From: Paramicrosporidium saccamoebae KSL3
Taxonomy: Eukaryota > Fungi > Cryptomycota
NCBI GenBank assembly: GCA_002794465.1
Contig: MTSL01000178.1
Span: forward strand, 54,025 to 86,024
Reading direction: 5' to 3'
DNA length: 32,000 nucleotides
In this document: positions 1 to 10,940 of the stretch, piece by piece
How the letters are laid out: each line of letters begins with the position of its first letter
Position numbering within the stretch: the first letter of the stretch is position 1
Translations under genes and position numbers: made by a program
Notes under the pieces: generated by a model
The model's input: the letters and a program-made list of their open reading frames with translations, nothing else
The model's database searches: none
Told to the model about the DNA's origin: nothing

Positions 1-2
1 CA

Positions 3-65
3 AAAGGGTCGTTGGATCGACTGAATAAATTCTCTTCTCGTCCCACCTCGTCTCTTCTCGCCTAA
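3..65 (+). CDS. Possible 3' end of a gene entering from upstream of the window
   Basis: Frame open from the window edge (KGSLDRLNKFSSRPTSSLLA) to TAA at 63-65; no recognisable motif. Confidence 0.25.
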   Translation, partial: KGSLDRLNKFSSRPTSSLLA

Positions 66-226
66 ACTGGGCCGTGGTATTATCCCCACTACGCGACATA
101 TGTGTCACAGACTTTAATAAGAAATACGCTCTCAGTATTCAACAGATTGACTATTGGCCCCTACTGTCGACCGCGATAAGACATGTTCACACCTATAAGC
201 TGTTTATTACTGGCTAAACCACAAGT

Positions 227-1350
227 CTAATAGATTGGTATAAAGTGGTGAATGTTTTCCTTCTGCTGCTGGGCAATACACTCGGCAATCCAGACAATGT
301 TGCGAATTTCTTGCTCCTTGAGCTTTACCCACGCATAGAAAGGACACATGCTGAATTGGTACAGCATCGCATCTTTGCACATGCTAACCTCGCGCTCAAA
401 AAAGTACTCTTCCAACGACCGCACCCCCGCATCTAGTGTACTGGCGGTCATGTTCATCTTGCCGTCATCTTTCTGATTTGACATGGCAGCATCTAGCAGC
501 TGTCGGTACTCGGGACACTCGGCTTCCACAATAGACTTTACCTGCGTCAATTCTTCCGCATTTGCCAACTTGAGCGAGACACCCAGTTCATGCAGTCTTC
601 CAAATTTGGGGAGCAATGCAATCTTAGTCTCTCTAGGGATGCTGGTGCCCAGAGAATTGATAATGACATTTAATGTACGGCGGTCTGCTTCGTGAGCCAG
701 TACCATACCCATCACTTCTGCCGTGGTGCTATCGCATTGGCCACAGAAACGATTGAAATCCTCCAAATACGCTCGGTGCAAAGTGTTGCGGATAATTTCT
801 ACATTAAAGTCATCCAAGTCCTTGGCCTTCAGACATTCCTTAAAGTATGGCGCAAGGGGCGTCTCCACCAGCACCGTGTTGTACAGCTCCTCCACATTTC
901 TGGCAACTGTCAAGGCGGGCAACGCCTCGAACAGACCCAACGGATGGCACCGTTCAATCAACTCTTCCGTTGTCGCCGACTCATGCAACATGGCAGTGAT
1001 GAGAAAGACGACATTATCAATCTGGTATTCATAGGTAAGATAGGCGAGGAAGTGCGAAAGGGCACCCGTGGCGTTGGCCTGGAGGTAACGAAACTCTTCA
1101 ACAAAGTTGCGACGGAGAGTGGCGCTGAGAATGGAGGTGGTGATGGGGGAGGGAAGGGAGTGCGTGAGCTCACCGTACTCGGTGCCGTTCAGTTGTACCT
1201 TCAAGTCTACAGTGTTATGGCAGTCGCAGCATTACCTTCAAGACTCTCACACTGGCAAAAATTATTATACTGGGTAGAGTTAATTATCCCGAGACGATAT
1301 CCCCGCACAATGGCTTCCATGAAGCCGTGTTCCGTATTGAAAAGGAGCAT
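227..1350 (-). CDS. VMA6: V-ATPase V0 subunit d
   Basis: Exons 1350-1236 and 1206-227 with a 29-nt GT-AG intron at 1207-1235; 364 aa. MLLFNTEHGFMEAIVRGYR, RCHPLG, VLVETPLAPYF and KLKEQEIRNIVWIAECIAQ match the Vma6/ATP6V0D family. Confidence 0.96.
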
Positions 1351-1940
1351 CTTCCAGGTGGGGCTGCTCTGTAGCAGTAAAAGAAAACAACGGGGCAAAC
1401 GGCAAGCTACTGGCCAATCAAATTTGAATTGGGTTATTTAAGAACCGGGAATCAGCATGCAATGAACCAGGGATGAAGGTCCGTATAACCATTACTTGCA
1501 GAAATAACGAATGCTGGCATTTTTAACCATCTTTGCCTTGAATAGAATCAGCTGTACATTAGATGTGTCTGATTGATCTATCATGTATCGGGGATTTCAA
1601 TGGCGCGAGGTTAGGTAATACCGCGTACTTTATTTGAGCGGCAAGGGAACCCTTCTTGATAAATGGTGGGCCGATCCGCATTTAAGGGATGATAACCCAT
1701 GATTACAACAGGATCAGATAAAGGAACCCACTCACCGATGCGTTCTACCCCACGAAGGCAGCTCCTGTCAAGTGGATGCGATAGTAGTTCCTATGGTACA
1801 AGAGCCTTTTACGTCACACCTCTTACTAATTAAACTGTATTTGTAGTCTTACAAATCAGATGGTAAACGATTCCCACAAAATGGAGCCTTTTCCCTTCCA
1901 ATTGGTTGGCTTCAAGCTCAAGAATTTACTAATTTGTGAA

Positions 1941-3110
1941 TTATTTGTAAAATTCGTAATCGTGATCTCGCTTCTTGACATGAGCTTCGTATCCCTTTTC
2001 AAAGTCTTGCTGTAGAACCATGTAGCGATTCTTGCGAATGGCCTGCATACCGGCCTCTTGGCAAATGGCAGAAATGTCAGCACCGCTTAGCTTATCAGCA
2101 CGGGATACAAAGTCTTCCAAGTCAACCTCCTCAGACAGACTCATTTTGTTTGTGATTGTTGTAAAAATAAGACGTTTCTGACGACGATCCGGCATGGGAA
2201 ATTCAATCTTACGGTCAAGACGGCCAGGACGGAGCAAAGCCGGATCAATAGTATCAGCCCGATTTGTCGCCATAATAACCATGACGCTGCTTGTTTGGTC
2301 GAAACCATCCATCTGGTTCAGCAACTCTAGCAAGACACGCTGTACTTCGCGGTCAGCCCCAGTTTGGGCATCAAAGCGTTTCGTGGCAATGGCGTCAACT
2401 TCGTCGATGAAAATGATGGTGGGAGCCTTCTCCCGAGCCAGACGAAAGACATCACGCACCATTCGAGGACCTTCACCGAGGTACTTTTGCACAAATTCAC
2501 TTCCGTTGATCCGGATAAAGGCAGCGGTGCTATGATGGGCCACTGCCTTGACGAGCATAGTCTTGCCTGTGCCAGGCGGACCGTAGAGAAGAACACCACG
2601 AGGGGGGTCGATACCTATTTGGCGATACAGTTCGGGATGTGTAAGGGGTAGCTCGATGGCTTCACGAATCTCCTGCTTCTGTTGGTCCAGACCTCCAATG
2701 TCGCTGTATTGGACTTCTGGGCGTTCAGAGTCGCCCAGGACTGCAATGGCACTATCAGCCTCTGGGGGAAGTACGTCAACTAGAGCATTAGAGTGACGGT
2801 GCAAGGCAACAGTGGCACTTGGCTTAAGTAGCTCACGGTCCACCGTACTCAAAATCTTTACAATATGATTGCTACCGCTGGTGGAGGAGACAATGGCAGT
2901 TTGCTCGTCAATGGGCTCCAAGAACTGGCCAATAAGTAGCGGCACAGCTTTGATGCGCTTCACCTCCTCTTGAGCATGTAGTAGCTCCCTCTTCAGGTTC
3001 CGGTACTCGTCCTTAATGTACTCTTCTTGCAAATTGAGCAATTCAACTTGACGCAGAAGCTTCTTGTACTCCATGTAAAGGTCTTGCTCTTCCCCATTGC
3101 CTGCCATCAT
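1941..3110 (-). CDS. RPT3: 26S proteasome AAA-ATPase subunit Rpt3 (PSMC4)
   Basis: Intronless. N-terminal coiled coil ([26 protein letters not shown]), Walker A GPPGTGKT, Walker [19 protein letters not shown]-terminal EFYK. First ATG at 3110 (or 3107); the track start at 3146 is not ATG. Confidence 0.97.
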   Translation of the reverse strand: MMAGNGEEQDLYMEYKKLLRQVELLNLQEEYIKDEYRNLKRELLHAQEEVKRIKAVPLLIGQFLEPIDEQTAIVSSTSGSNHIVKILSTVDRELLKPSATVALHRHSNALVDVLPPEADSAIAVLGDSERPEVQYSDIGGLDQQKQEIREAIELPLTHPELYRQIGIDPPRGVLLYGPPGTGKTMLVKAVAHHSTAAFIRINGSEFVQKYLGEGPRMVRDVFRLAREKAPTIIFIDEVDAIATKRFDAQTGADREVQRVLLELLNQMDGFDQTSSVMVIMATNRADTIDPALLRPGRLDRKIEFPMPDRRQKRLIFTTITNKMSLSEEVDLEDFVSRADKLSGADISAICQEAGMQAIRKNRYMVLQQDFEKGYEAHVKKRDHDYEFYK

Positions 3111-3230
3111 CTCGAAACAATTTAATAGTTGTTCGTTTCGTTTCAAGATCTATCCACTGGCATCGACAAGGTATTTTAGAAATGAATTTAGTTTTAGATA
3201 TTTGGCGGGCTGAGTCGATACACGGAAAAG

Positions 3231-4397
3231 ATGGACTTTATCCTTGACAGCGACAGCGACTCGGTGTACAGCCCGCACATAAAGTCGCGCCTTCCTGTAA
3301 AGTCTTCAGTCACCAAGGCGATCGCCAGCAGCTTCCAGCAGACTTTGAAGACGAGCAAGGCGGATTTAATGGAGGCATATCAAAAATTGGAGACTCCCAA
3401 GATGGTTTCGCGAGTAGACCGGCATTCAGGGTTTGATGCGAGTCGGGACCGCATGAAGTTGGCGAATATTATTGATTCAGAGACCAATGGAGACGACACT
3501 GATAACATGTTCCTTCTTCCCATCACTATGCAGTCACTGGTAATTAAGGATTTGTTTGTCTAATGGTTAGGAAGAGTATGAAAAGAGCAAGAATACACAG
3601 ACACGCAACTCGTTTGAATTAGATTTGAGCGGCATCTCTGATGCTGAAGATTTGCTGAGTGAATTTACCACGTCGAATGTAAGAAGACCACATCATGTGA
3701 TTGAAACCTCCCCCAATTCCATGTCCGAATCTGGCTATGCCAAATTGCTTCAGCTCGATAGCGAACAGTCCACACCGAAAATCAAGGCCATTAGAGAAGA
3801 GTTGGATCAAAGTAAGACGCGCTTTCGTCAATCCATCAACGACCTCTTGAACAGCAGTCCCATCAGTGTATTACAATACGAAAGACTAACATTTTTAGGC
3901 TGCATCATTAGAAAAAGCCCCCGACTTTAAAGACTTGGTAAAGATGGGAAGCAAGTTGAGTGAAAAGGTCTACAGTGAAATTGAATCTGTTGAAAAGCGT
4001 GCACCTTCCAATTTTGTACTCCGGACAAATCCAATCCAATGCTCTTCTCCCATTCAGCCCAAAAAGGTAACACGCATTAGTAACTCACCTTTAGTTGAGT
4101 ACTGAAGAGTTGCTGTCCTTTAGTGAAACTAATGATGCCACTAAGACCAAGGTTGACGAGCCGACAGAAGTAGAATCAAAATTCTCAATTTTTATGGGGA
4201 GGATTCTGTGGGCATTTTCCGTGATTGCACTCATCTTTGTGGTCGATGTACTTCTCCAGGTAGCGGTAACTCGTCAGCAGGCTGGGCTGCCTTTGTTTGA
4301 GTATGAGCCAGCTCAAAAGTGGATAAGTGTAATCGAAGAATTCTGGCACGACATGTATTCATGGGTTTCTGGTTTTAACACGATCGCCCCTCACTGA
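3231..4397 (+). CDS. Unknown 358-aa protein with one transmembrane helix near the C-terminus
   Basis: Three track ORFs join in frame through phase-0 introns 3540-3570, 3868-3898 (CTAAC branch point) and 4067-4094. Acidic, Ser-rich N-terminal part; hydrophobic segment ILWAFSVIALIFVVDVLLQVAV. No family recognised. Confidence 0.7.
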
Positions 4398-4717
4398 AGA
4401 CGGTATTCAGTACATAATAAATACACGACCTATAGCGGTGCAGGGTTGATAATAAAAGGATTGTTAAGCAGCACCGCCCATGATTGGCAACTTCGATGGC
4501 TATTCCACAGTCTGATGTCAATAGTGGTAGCCTATCTGCTATATACTTTAATAAAGAAGTACTTTCGCGCACTAAAAAGACTTTTATTGAACGTCATGCT
4601 GATACAGACCGACTTGACCGTTTATTGGCATTCTGATTCGTTACATGCCAACTCGATCACAGGGTGTTAGGCTAAAGTGAGAGATACTAAAATTTCGGCA
4701 TTGTTATACATAGCCTT

Positions 4718-5471
4718 TTATACTGAACGTCGTCGTGAGAGAATCTGAGCAAATATGGCTCGCAGCTGAGTATCATGTATCCCTTGATCACACGATTTAA
4801 AGAACTCGTCCAAGTTGATTTCGTATTTGTGCTCATATTCCATCGCTTGCTGAGCAAGCTCCAATTTATCCATATCGTGAACGAAATTTGCCTCGGGTGT
4901 TTCATTGCGTTCGTATTCCCACCACAGAGACTCAATCTTATTGGCGGCATTTGTAGTTCCCAAGCTACTCACAATCTTTTTCATTGCGTCCTACACCGAT
5001 TAGGCATGCAGTATGGATACTGTCTCAAGACGGTGCTTTTCCTCTTTGTCGATGCCACACCATGGGGTAATGTCGCCAACTATTGATTCGGCCAGATCGT
5101 GGACGAGCGCCATCTGGCCACATCTATTCATGTCCAGATTTGGAGACTCCAACACCATTGACATTAGACCCATCCTGTACATGTGTCCCGAGACAGTCTC
5201 AGAGTCCTTCAAATTATAGTATTCCCAGCCACGACGCTTAGTCTCCTACAAGTTGGATAGGCCTGAGTCAAGTGGGAACTTTGATTAAGTGTCCGTATTT
5301 GAAAAAATCAACAAACTGTTCAGCCGTTGGATAGCCGGTGCGCCGAGGCTGACTCATTTGCGCTTTGAGCAGCTTTACTGCCTCTTGGCATTGCTCCGGT
5401 GATTCTGCTGTCCGTAGTATGGCCATTATGCCTTCATCGAGTTGCACCGTAGCCATTTGTGCGGTCGGCAT
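4718..5471 (-). CDS. HDDC2: HD-domain 5'-deoxynucleotidase (HDDC2/YGK1 family)
   Basis: Exons 5471-5280, 5245-5021 and 4990-4718 with introns of 34 and 30 nt. Motifs FFKYGHLIKETKRRGW, ETVSGHMYRM, VHDLAESIVGDITP, LWWEYE, DMDKLE. Start may be 5471, 5456 or 5426. Confidence 0.9.
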
Positions 5472-5525
5472 TGGCACTGTTTTAAATTGACTAAATTCGG
5501 GTACTTGGACCGGGGTATAGCAAAT
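5472..5525. promoter_or_regulatory. Inferred bidirectional promoter, HDDC2/IMP3
   Basis: Only 54-99 nt between divergent ATGs; AT-rich core gttttaaattgactaaatt. Inferred from gene geometry only. Confidence 0.45.
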
Positions 5526-6071
5526 ATGGTCCGTCAGTTCAAACACCATGAGCAGAAGCTGCTGAAGAAGGTTGATTTCTTTCAGTGGAAAAGCGACAAC
5601 CCGAAGGAGCAGACGATGGTACGTCGTCACCATCTCCACAAGCGCGAGGACTATGTCAAATACAACAAGATTTGTGGTTACATTACAGAACTGGCTAGCC
5701 TGGTGTCGCAGTTGCAGCCGGATGACCCGTTTAGACAAAAAGTTGCAGCGCAAATACTGGACAAGCTGTATCAGTGTGGCTTGATAACAACAAAAAACAC
5801 CATGTCGCAGTTGGCGCGAGTCACGGCCACATCCATGTGCAGGAGACGTCTCTCCTCAGTGCTGGTCAGTTTAAAAATGTGTCAAACTTTGCAAGAGGCG
5901 ACCACGCTAGTGGAGCAGGGTCATGTGCGAGTGGGCACAGAGGTTGTGAAGGATCCCGCATTTTTTGTTACGAGAACGCTGGAAGACTTTGTAACATGGG
6001 TGGACAACAGCAAGATTAGAAAGAAGATTGCCACCTACTACGGAACTGTAGACGACTATGATATGAAATAA
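5526..6071 (+). CDS. IMP3: U3 snoRNP protein Imp3 (S4 family)
   Basis: MVRQFKHHEQKLLKKVDF, CRRRL, GHVRVG, EDFVTWVDNSKI. The family-typical start is ATG 5526, not 5442. Confidence 0.97.
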   Translation: MVRQFKHHEQKLLKKVDFFQWKSDNPKEQTMVRRHHLHKREDYVKYNKICGYITELASLVSQLQPDDPFRQKVAAQILDKLYQCGLITTKNTMSQLARVTATSMCRRRLSSVLVSLKMCQTLQEATTLVEQGHVRVGTEVVKDPAFFVTRTLEDFVTWVDNSKIRKKIATYYGTVDDYDMK

Positions 6072-6387
6072 TAATTCGACATTGTAGCGTCTATAATTTG
6101 GTTGTCTGGCACCTAACATAGCATAGTGATTTAGTAGTGAATAGTCACCAGCGATGGGTACCGTAACAAAGTGATTTGGTGAGGAATAGTAAATAGTGAT
6201 AGGTGGTAACTTTCAAGTAGGCTCAAGCGACAATTGCCACAGCAGCACTGGAGCAAGTCGATGCCAACCACACCAAAAATGGAACAAGCAAAATTCCAAA
6301 GCTTCTATCCGAGCACACGGCGCCGATCCATCCGGTATACCTTGCTCAATATAATTCTCTGTTGGAACGGACGAATGGAAATCGGCC

Positions 6388-7769
6388 ATGTTTACACCGA
6401 GGTCAACACCCTCACACTCGCCATTGCTGAAGGATGGCTCTCCAGAATCATTATTCAGTGACATGAACCTGACAATCTTGCGACAGCTGATGAATGATTG
6501 TGATGTTTCTGGTAATCTTAGACTCTCAGCGATGGATATTCTGCAGAGGGGGTCGGAGAGATTCCTCCTCCATGACCAGTATTTGGTGCACTTGATGTTG
6601 ACAGCTCTAGGCTAGATGTTAGGGAAAAGGCACAGTCACTCATCAAGAGCATTTTAAAGGAAAATCGTGCCTCTACTCTGCTATTCGACTCGCTGACTAC
6701 TTCCCGCCATGCGACCACTTTCATGCGTTCCATCACTGCAGGCTTCCTTCGTTTCCTGGGACAGGATAGTCGGCCCTACGTCCAGATACTGGCGCTGCTA
6801 GCTTCCGAGACTGGCCGCGGCGAATTGCTTGGTGCATCGGTGCTGAGTAGATTGGTGGCGGGGCAGCCGGAGCTGGTGCAAGGAATAGTATATGGCCTGG
6901 TTAGGACAATCCTGGGTGCAGAATATTGTCCCGTAGCTGGCGCAACATTGTCCTTTGTGCTGGAGCATCCTGAATCGAGGGTTTTGGGATGTGAAATGCT
7001 GATGCATGCACTCCTAGAGGATGCCCAGTTGTCAGAGAGGTTGCACGAGTTTTTGTGGGAGAGGTTGCTGATGGGGGATCTGATGGCCGAGTTTATTCTC
7101 TTTCGTATTCTTCACGGAAGTGAAACTAAAGCTATTTGCATCGGCAAGACACCTTCTAAGCTGGTCAAGTTGACAAAACTGATTCGAAGCGATTTCGCGA
7201 CTCCAGGAAAATACCCAAATGTTTATCTGCACCTTTGCTTGTTGCACACTGTCCTCGACAATGAGGAAACATTAGGAACCCTCTCACAGGCAAACTCGCC
7301 AAAGCTAGAGCTCAAAGGATGGTTCAGTCCCAGGCCTGTCGCTGAACCAGATCTCGAGTTTGTGCTGTGCGCTCTGTTGGACATACTAATTGAAAACTTG
7401 AACAGCCAGCGGGATCTCTACCAGCACTCAGTGGTGTCGGCCATTCTGACAAATATTTTTGTTGATCAGGGGCCGCGTTGCACGGAAATGATAATGGAGT
7501 ATCAAGAAAGGTAACAAACTCGATGACAATGTCCAACGTTATGTAGACTGCGCGAGTGCTCTATATTGCTGCCCGGAAATGTAAAGATTGACCTGGACAG
7601 GATGGTTGATTTGTGGGTGTCCAGTGCAAGCATGACATGCCCAAAGTCACCGGTGATAGCAAGCAGAACGAGGCTGCAGGAAGAGAGTTCATCTGCAGCT
7701 TTCTTCCTTCCCTTAATACACGCCACGCTCTTCCAGCTGCTAAATCAGAACACAAGATCAATTTATTAA
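6388..7769 (+). CDS. Unknown Leu-rich alpha-helical (HEAT/ARM-like) protein, at least 439 aa
   Basis: Track ORFs join in frame via introns 6579-6604 (26 nt) and 7511-7546 (36 nt). The 5' end is unresolved: it could extend to ATG 6261 via a 31-nt intron at 6402-6432. No family confidently recognised. Confidence 0.6.
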
Positions 7770-7822
7770 AGCGTAAATATTATACAGTATGGGAGTCGTC
7801 GATCCATTAAATACACTAACAC

Positions 7823-10800
7823 TCACACAGGAGAGTGCATTCCGAGTTTGGTGTTGAATTGTAGCTTTGCGCGCTTCTCTGATCGTTCCGTTTCAACATG
7901 CCAGAAATACTTTACAGTCTCGTTCGATCCCAATGCAAGCAATACAAGAATAGCAACTTGTACCAGCGCCATGGCTAGACCTTGTATTTCTTGGACAAAC
8001 AGTGTCACGATGCAGATTGACAAAAGCGATAGTAACATCAAATACGACCAGTATGCATGCTGACAAAGTCCAAATTGAATGAGTGGCAAATGAACATGCA
8101 GACACGTGGCCGACATGGACATTACTGCAACTGAAAGTGCAGCTGGCACAAATGGTTGGCTAATCAACCTAGATGCACAAGCTAGAATGGCTCCGTTCAT
8201 AAATGATCGGATCCCGTAAATATTTCTGACGGATTGTTGGTATTCAGGATCCCAGGCCTGCTTGGGCATTAGCCTTAAAATATTGGGCTCGTAAGGCGCA
8301 AACATAAACTCGATCACGGTAGCAAGTACAATAATCATCATGGAACCAATCGAAGCAATTGATATTCGTCCCATTAATAAGCCGATAGCCAAAGATTGGG
8401 CCATGCATAGAGCGTAGAGGTGGGCAGAAGTTGTTCCACGAGCAAGACACCGAGCCTCTCTGATGATTTCCGTCAGGACATATGGACTGCAATCAAAAGG
8501 GATAACTATGGGACAGGTAAGCGAAGTCAACGCTGCTGATAGATGCATAGAAGACATTTTGCCAAACTGGGTCGGCTCCCGAAGGTTCTGGGGTTCCATC
8601 CCTATGGAAGTTTTGGTGCTTGCAAATACTTCCGAGTTTCTCCAATTGAGCGTAGACCCCACAGAAATTACAACTCTAGCATTCTCTGCATAAATGCTGT
8701 TCATCTCCACGACTGACTGGGGATCACATTCGGCAAAGAGTGATATATTCAAGGGAATGTCGTCGACGTCGGCCAGATGGGGACGGATGTTGTATACCCC
8801 GCGAGGCAATTTGGATTTGGGATCGGTAAAATCTGGCAGTGCAGCATTAGTGCCCTTTGACAGAATTATACAGCTATTCCAATCAGTCTCTAAACCAAGA
8901 CGATCACCAAAGGCTTTTGTAATGCTCTCCGAATAGGGCGAAAAGTAAACAAAACGTATCCCACTATTCTCCAAATCGTCAATAAGCTCCTGCATGTCCT
9001 CTTTTGGGACGTAGCCTGAAATCAAAACTCCAAGAAATATATGTCCGCGGGCAAACTTGGCAATATCAGAATTGTTGGCCTCATCCGAGGCGGAGACAAA
9101 ATTGATCAAGTGGGGAGATTCCTTGAAGTGGGGAAGTTTACATCCATCCTCCACAATTGGCTTGTACGACATGCCAATACATTGAAGATCAGAAGCCGCC
9201 AGATTGTCGTCCAATTCAATCAATTTCTTCCTCAGCGTGTCGCCCATTTTTTCAATCACTCGCGAGTTCCAAGTATAGCGGCAAAGACAGGCGGCCGATG
9301 TCAAATCTCCAAAGGAAAACATGTGCATTTCATTGCTGCTTTGGTCACGAAATATCCTCGAAAAAAGCCCTTGATATTCAATGGGCGTCAGGGTTGTTGA
9401 TATTCCCACGTCGCGTATAATCCAAAAATCAAGAACACGGCTGTAATTGTTGATGGCTCTGGCATGAAACCCCAGTTCACGAGAGACTGTGCAGGTGCAG
9501 GTTCGGAAAACTGGATCCAGCTTTCGACCGGGATGAATGCTCCAAGGAAACCGAACATGCCAATCACGACGGAATTGCCCATGGTGCACCCCACATGAAG
9601 CCGAGACAAGAAGTGACAGTCCTAAAGCCTTTAAATCCTCATCGGTTGCCCTTGGGTCGGCATAATTTGTTCTCATCAAATTCAAATTAGAGGGATCCAT
9701 GATGAATTCTCCAAATGCAAGTTCTCCCTCAGCCTCAGGACTAGGAAACACCACTTCCATGGGAACCGGGAATGACTAAAATTTAATCCAAAGGCGCGCT
9801 CATACATTAGCAATTGGGCCTTCGCGATCTAGAAATGACAAAACTGAGACTGACGAAAAAGACTCGGTTAGATCGTACTGCCAAAATAAAAAGTGTGAGA
9901 GATTCTGCTGGAACGCAGACTTGATGGTCCTTAGGATGTCGAGTGGATTAAGATAGATATCCTTGGTTGGAGGTGGGGCCTCTTCATCAAATTCATCGAC
10001 ATCCTCCGCCTCCAGATAGGGCGTCTTTGACTTTTGAAGCACTTCGGTTAGTGCAATAAGGCGTGCGTTTCCGAAGCAAAAAAAGAGCATGGTCCAAATG
10101 GGAGATACTAGAACAAATGAAATGAATAGGCCCACAAGCATTGATTGGCAAAAGGCATTATCCTGCACACCAATGCAGCACAAAAAGAGTGTCAGAGCGG
10201 CTATGAATATTTGGCACATGTACAACCATCCTGTGACTGGCTGCAGGCTGTTCTTCCAAGGATTGTCGATCGAACAAAGGAAAGAGGACACTTCCAACTG
10301 GCGCTGAAGGGGAGTCTCCATAACCTCAAATAGATCAGTGGTCATCCCTGCAATGTCTCTCTTTCGACATGAAATTCCAAGATCATCTCCAGGTGAAAGC
10401 TGAAACGTATCGCCCTCTACAAGCAAATTGACTGGCAATAGTCTCCAATTGCCATCTCTAAGGACCCTTACGAGATTAATAGCCCGACTAGGCGGCTCCT
10501 GGACCTCGCCGTACTCCATGCCGCGTTGGACAAACTCGTCATGGATCCTCCTTAGTCGATCGGGGATTTCTGCAGCACGAGACAGCAAAAAGAGCTTCCC
10601 AATGAAAAACTCGAGTGCTGATACGACCATAAGCGCAGATGTGGTCAACAGAAACCAGCGTTTTCCTTGCGGCAAGGAGAGTATGACGATAGCAACCAAG
10701 GTGCATGCGCGTCTCCAATCTCTCTTTGAGCACGGAGGTTTGCATTTGACAGCCGCCTTCAATGCACCGAAAATTGTCTTCTCCAAAATACTACACTAAT

Positions 10801-10934
10801 CAATAACCTCTGCATACAGACCTGGTAGCATCGGAGGTATATGTGGATGGTATATGATCGCGCTTCTTTACAGGACGACCGAGTTTTACAGAATTTCGTT
10901 TGGAAGCTGTGTGTGGGGACTTGCCATGAACCAT
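7823..10934 (-). CDS. TMEM94: TMEM94-like protein (degenerate P-type ATPase fold)
   Basis: Intron 9776-9805 plus a first intron at 10791-10821 (ATG 10934) or 10791-10817 (ATG 10831); about 1000 aa. Actuator-like RVLRDGNWRLLPVNLLVEGD; GIRFVYFS...LGLETDWNSCIILS; KLPRGVYNIRPHLADVDDIPLNISLFAEC; C-terminal TM bundle. These match TMEM94/KIAA0195 as I recall it. Confidence 0.82.
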
Positions 10935-10940
10935 TATTTA

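Noticed and set aside
692-1441. 249-aa plus-strand ORF
   Set aside because: Antisense shadow of VMA6, with no recognisable motifs.
1585-1600. GAAATCCCCG on the minus strand, resembling the RNase MRP CR-I motif
   Set aside because: It lacks the conserved G of GAAAGUCCCC, and no complementary GGGGC CR-V motif follows downstream.
2194-2651. 113-aa and 95-aa plus-strand ORFs
   Set aside because: Antisense shadows of the highly conserved RPT3.
4446-4670. 74-aa hydrophobic ORF and a possible C/D-box snoRNA in the 320-nt gap
   Set aside because: The ORF starts at TTG and has no support. The C-box-like ATGATTG deviates from RTGATGA, and I found no terminal stem or rRNA guide.
5472-5753. Upstream part of the 161-aa minus-strand ORF (5268-5753)
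   Set aside because: It overlaps IMP3 in antisense; only the portion below about 5471 belongs to HDDC2 exon 1.
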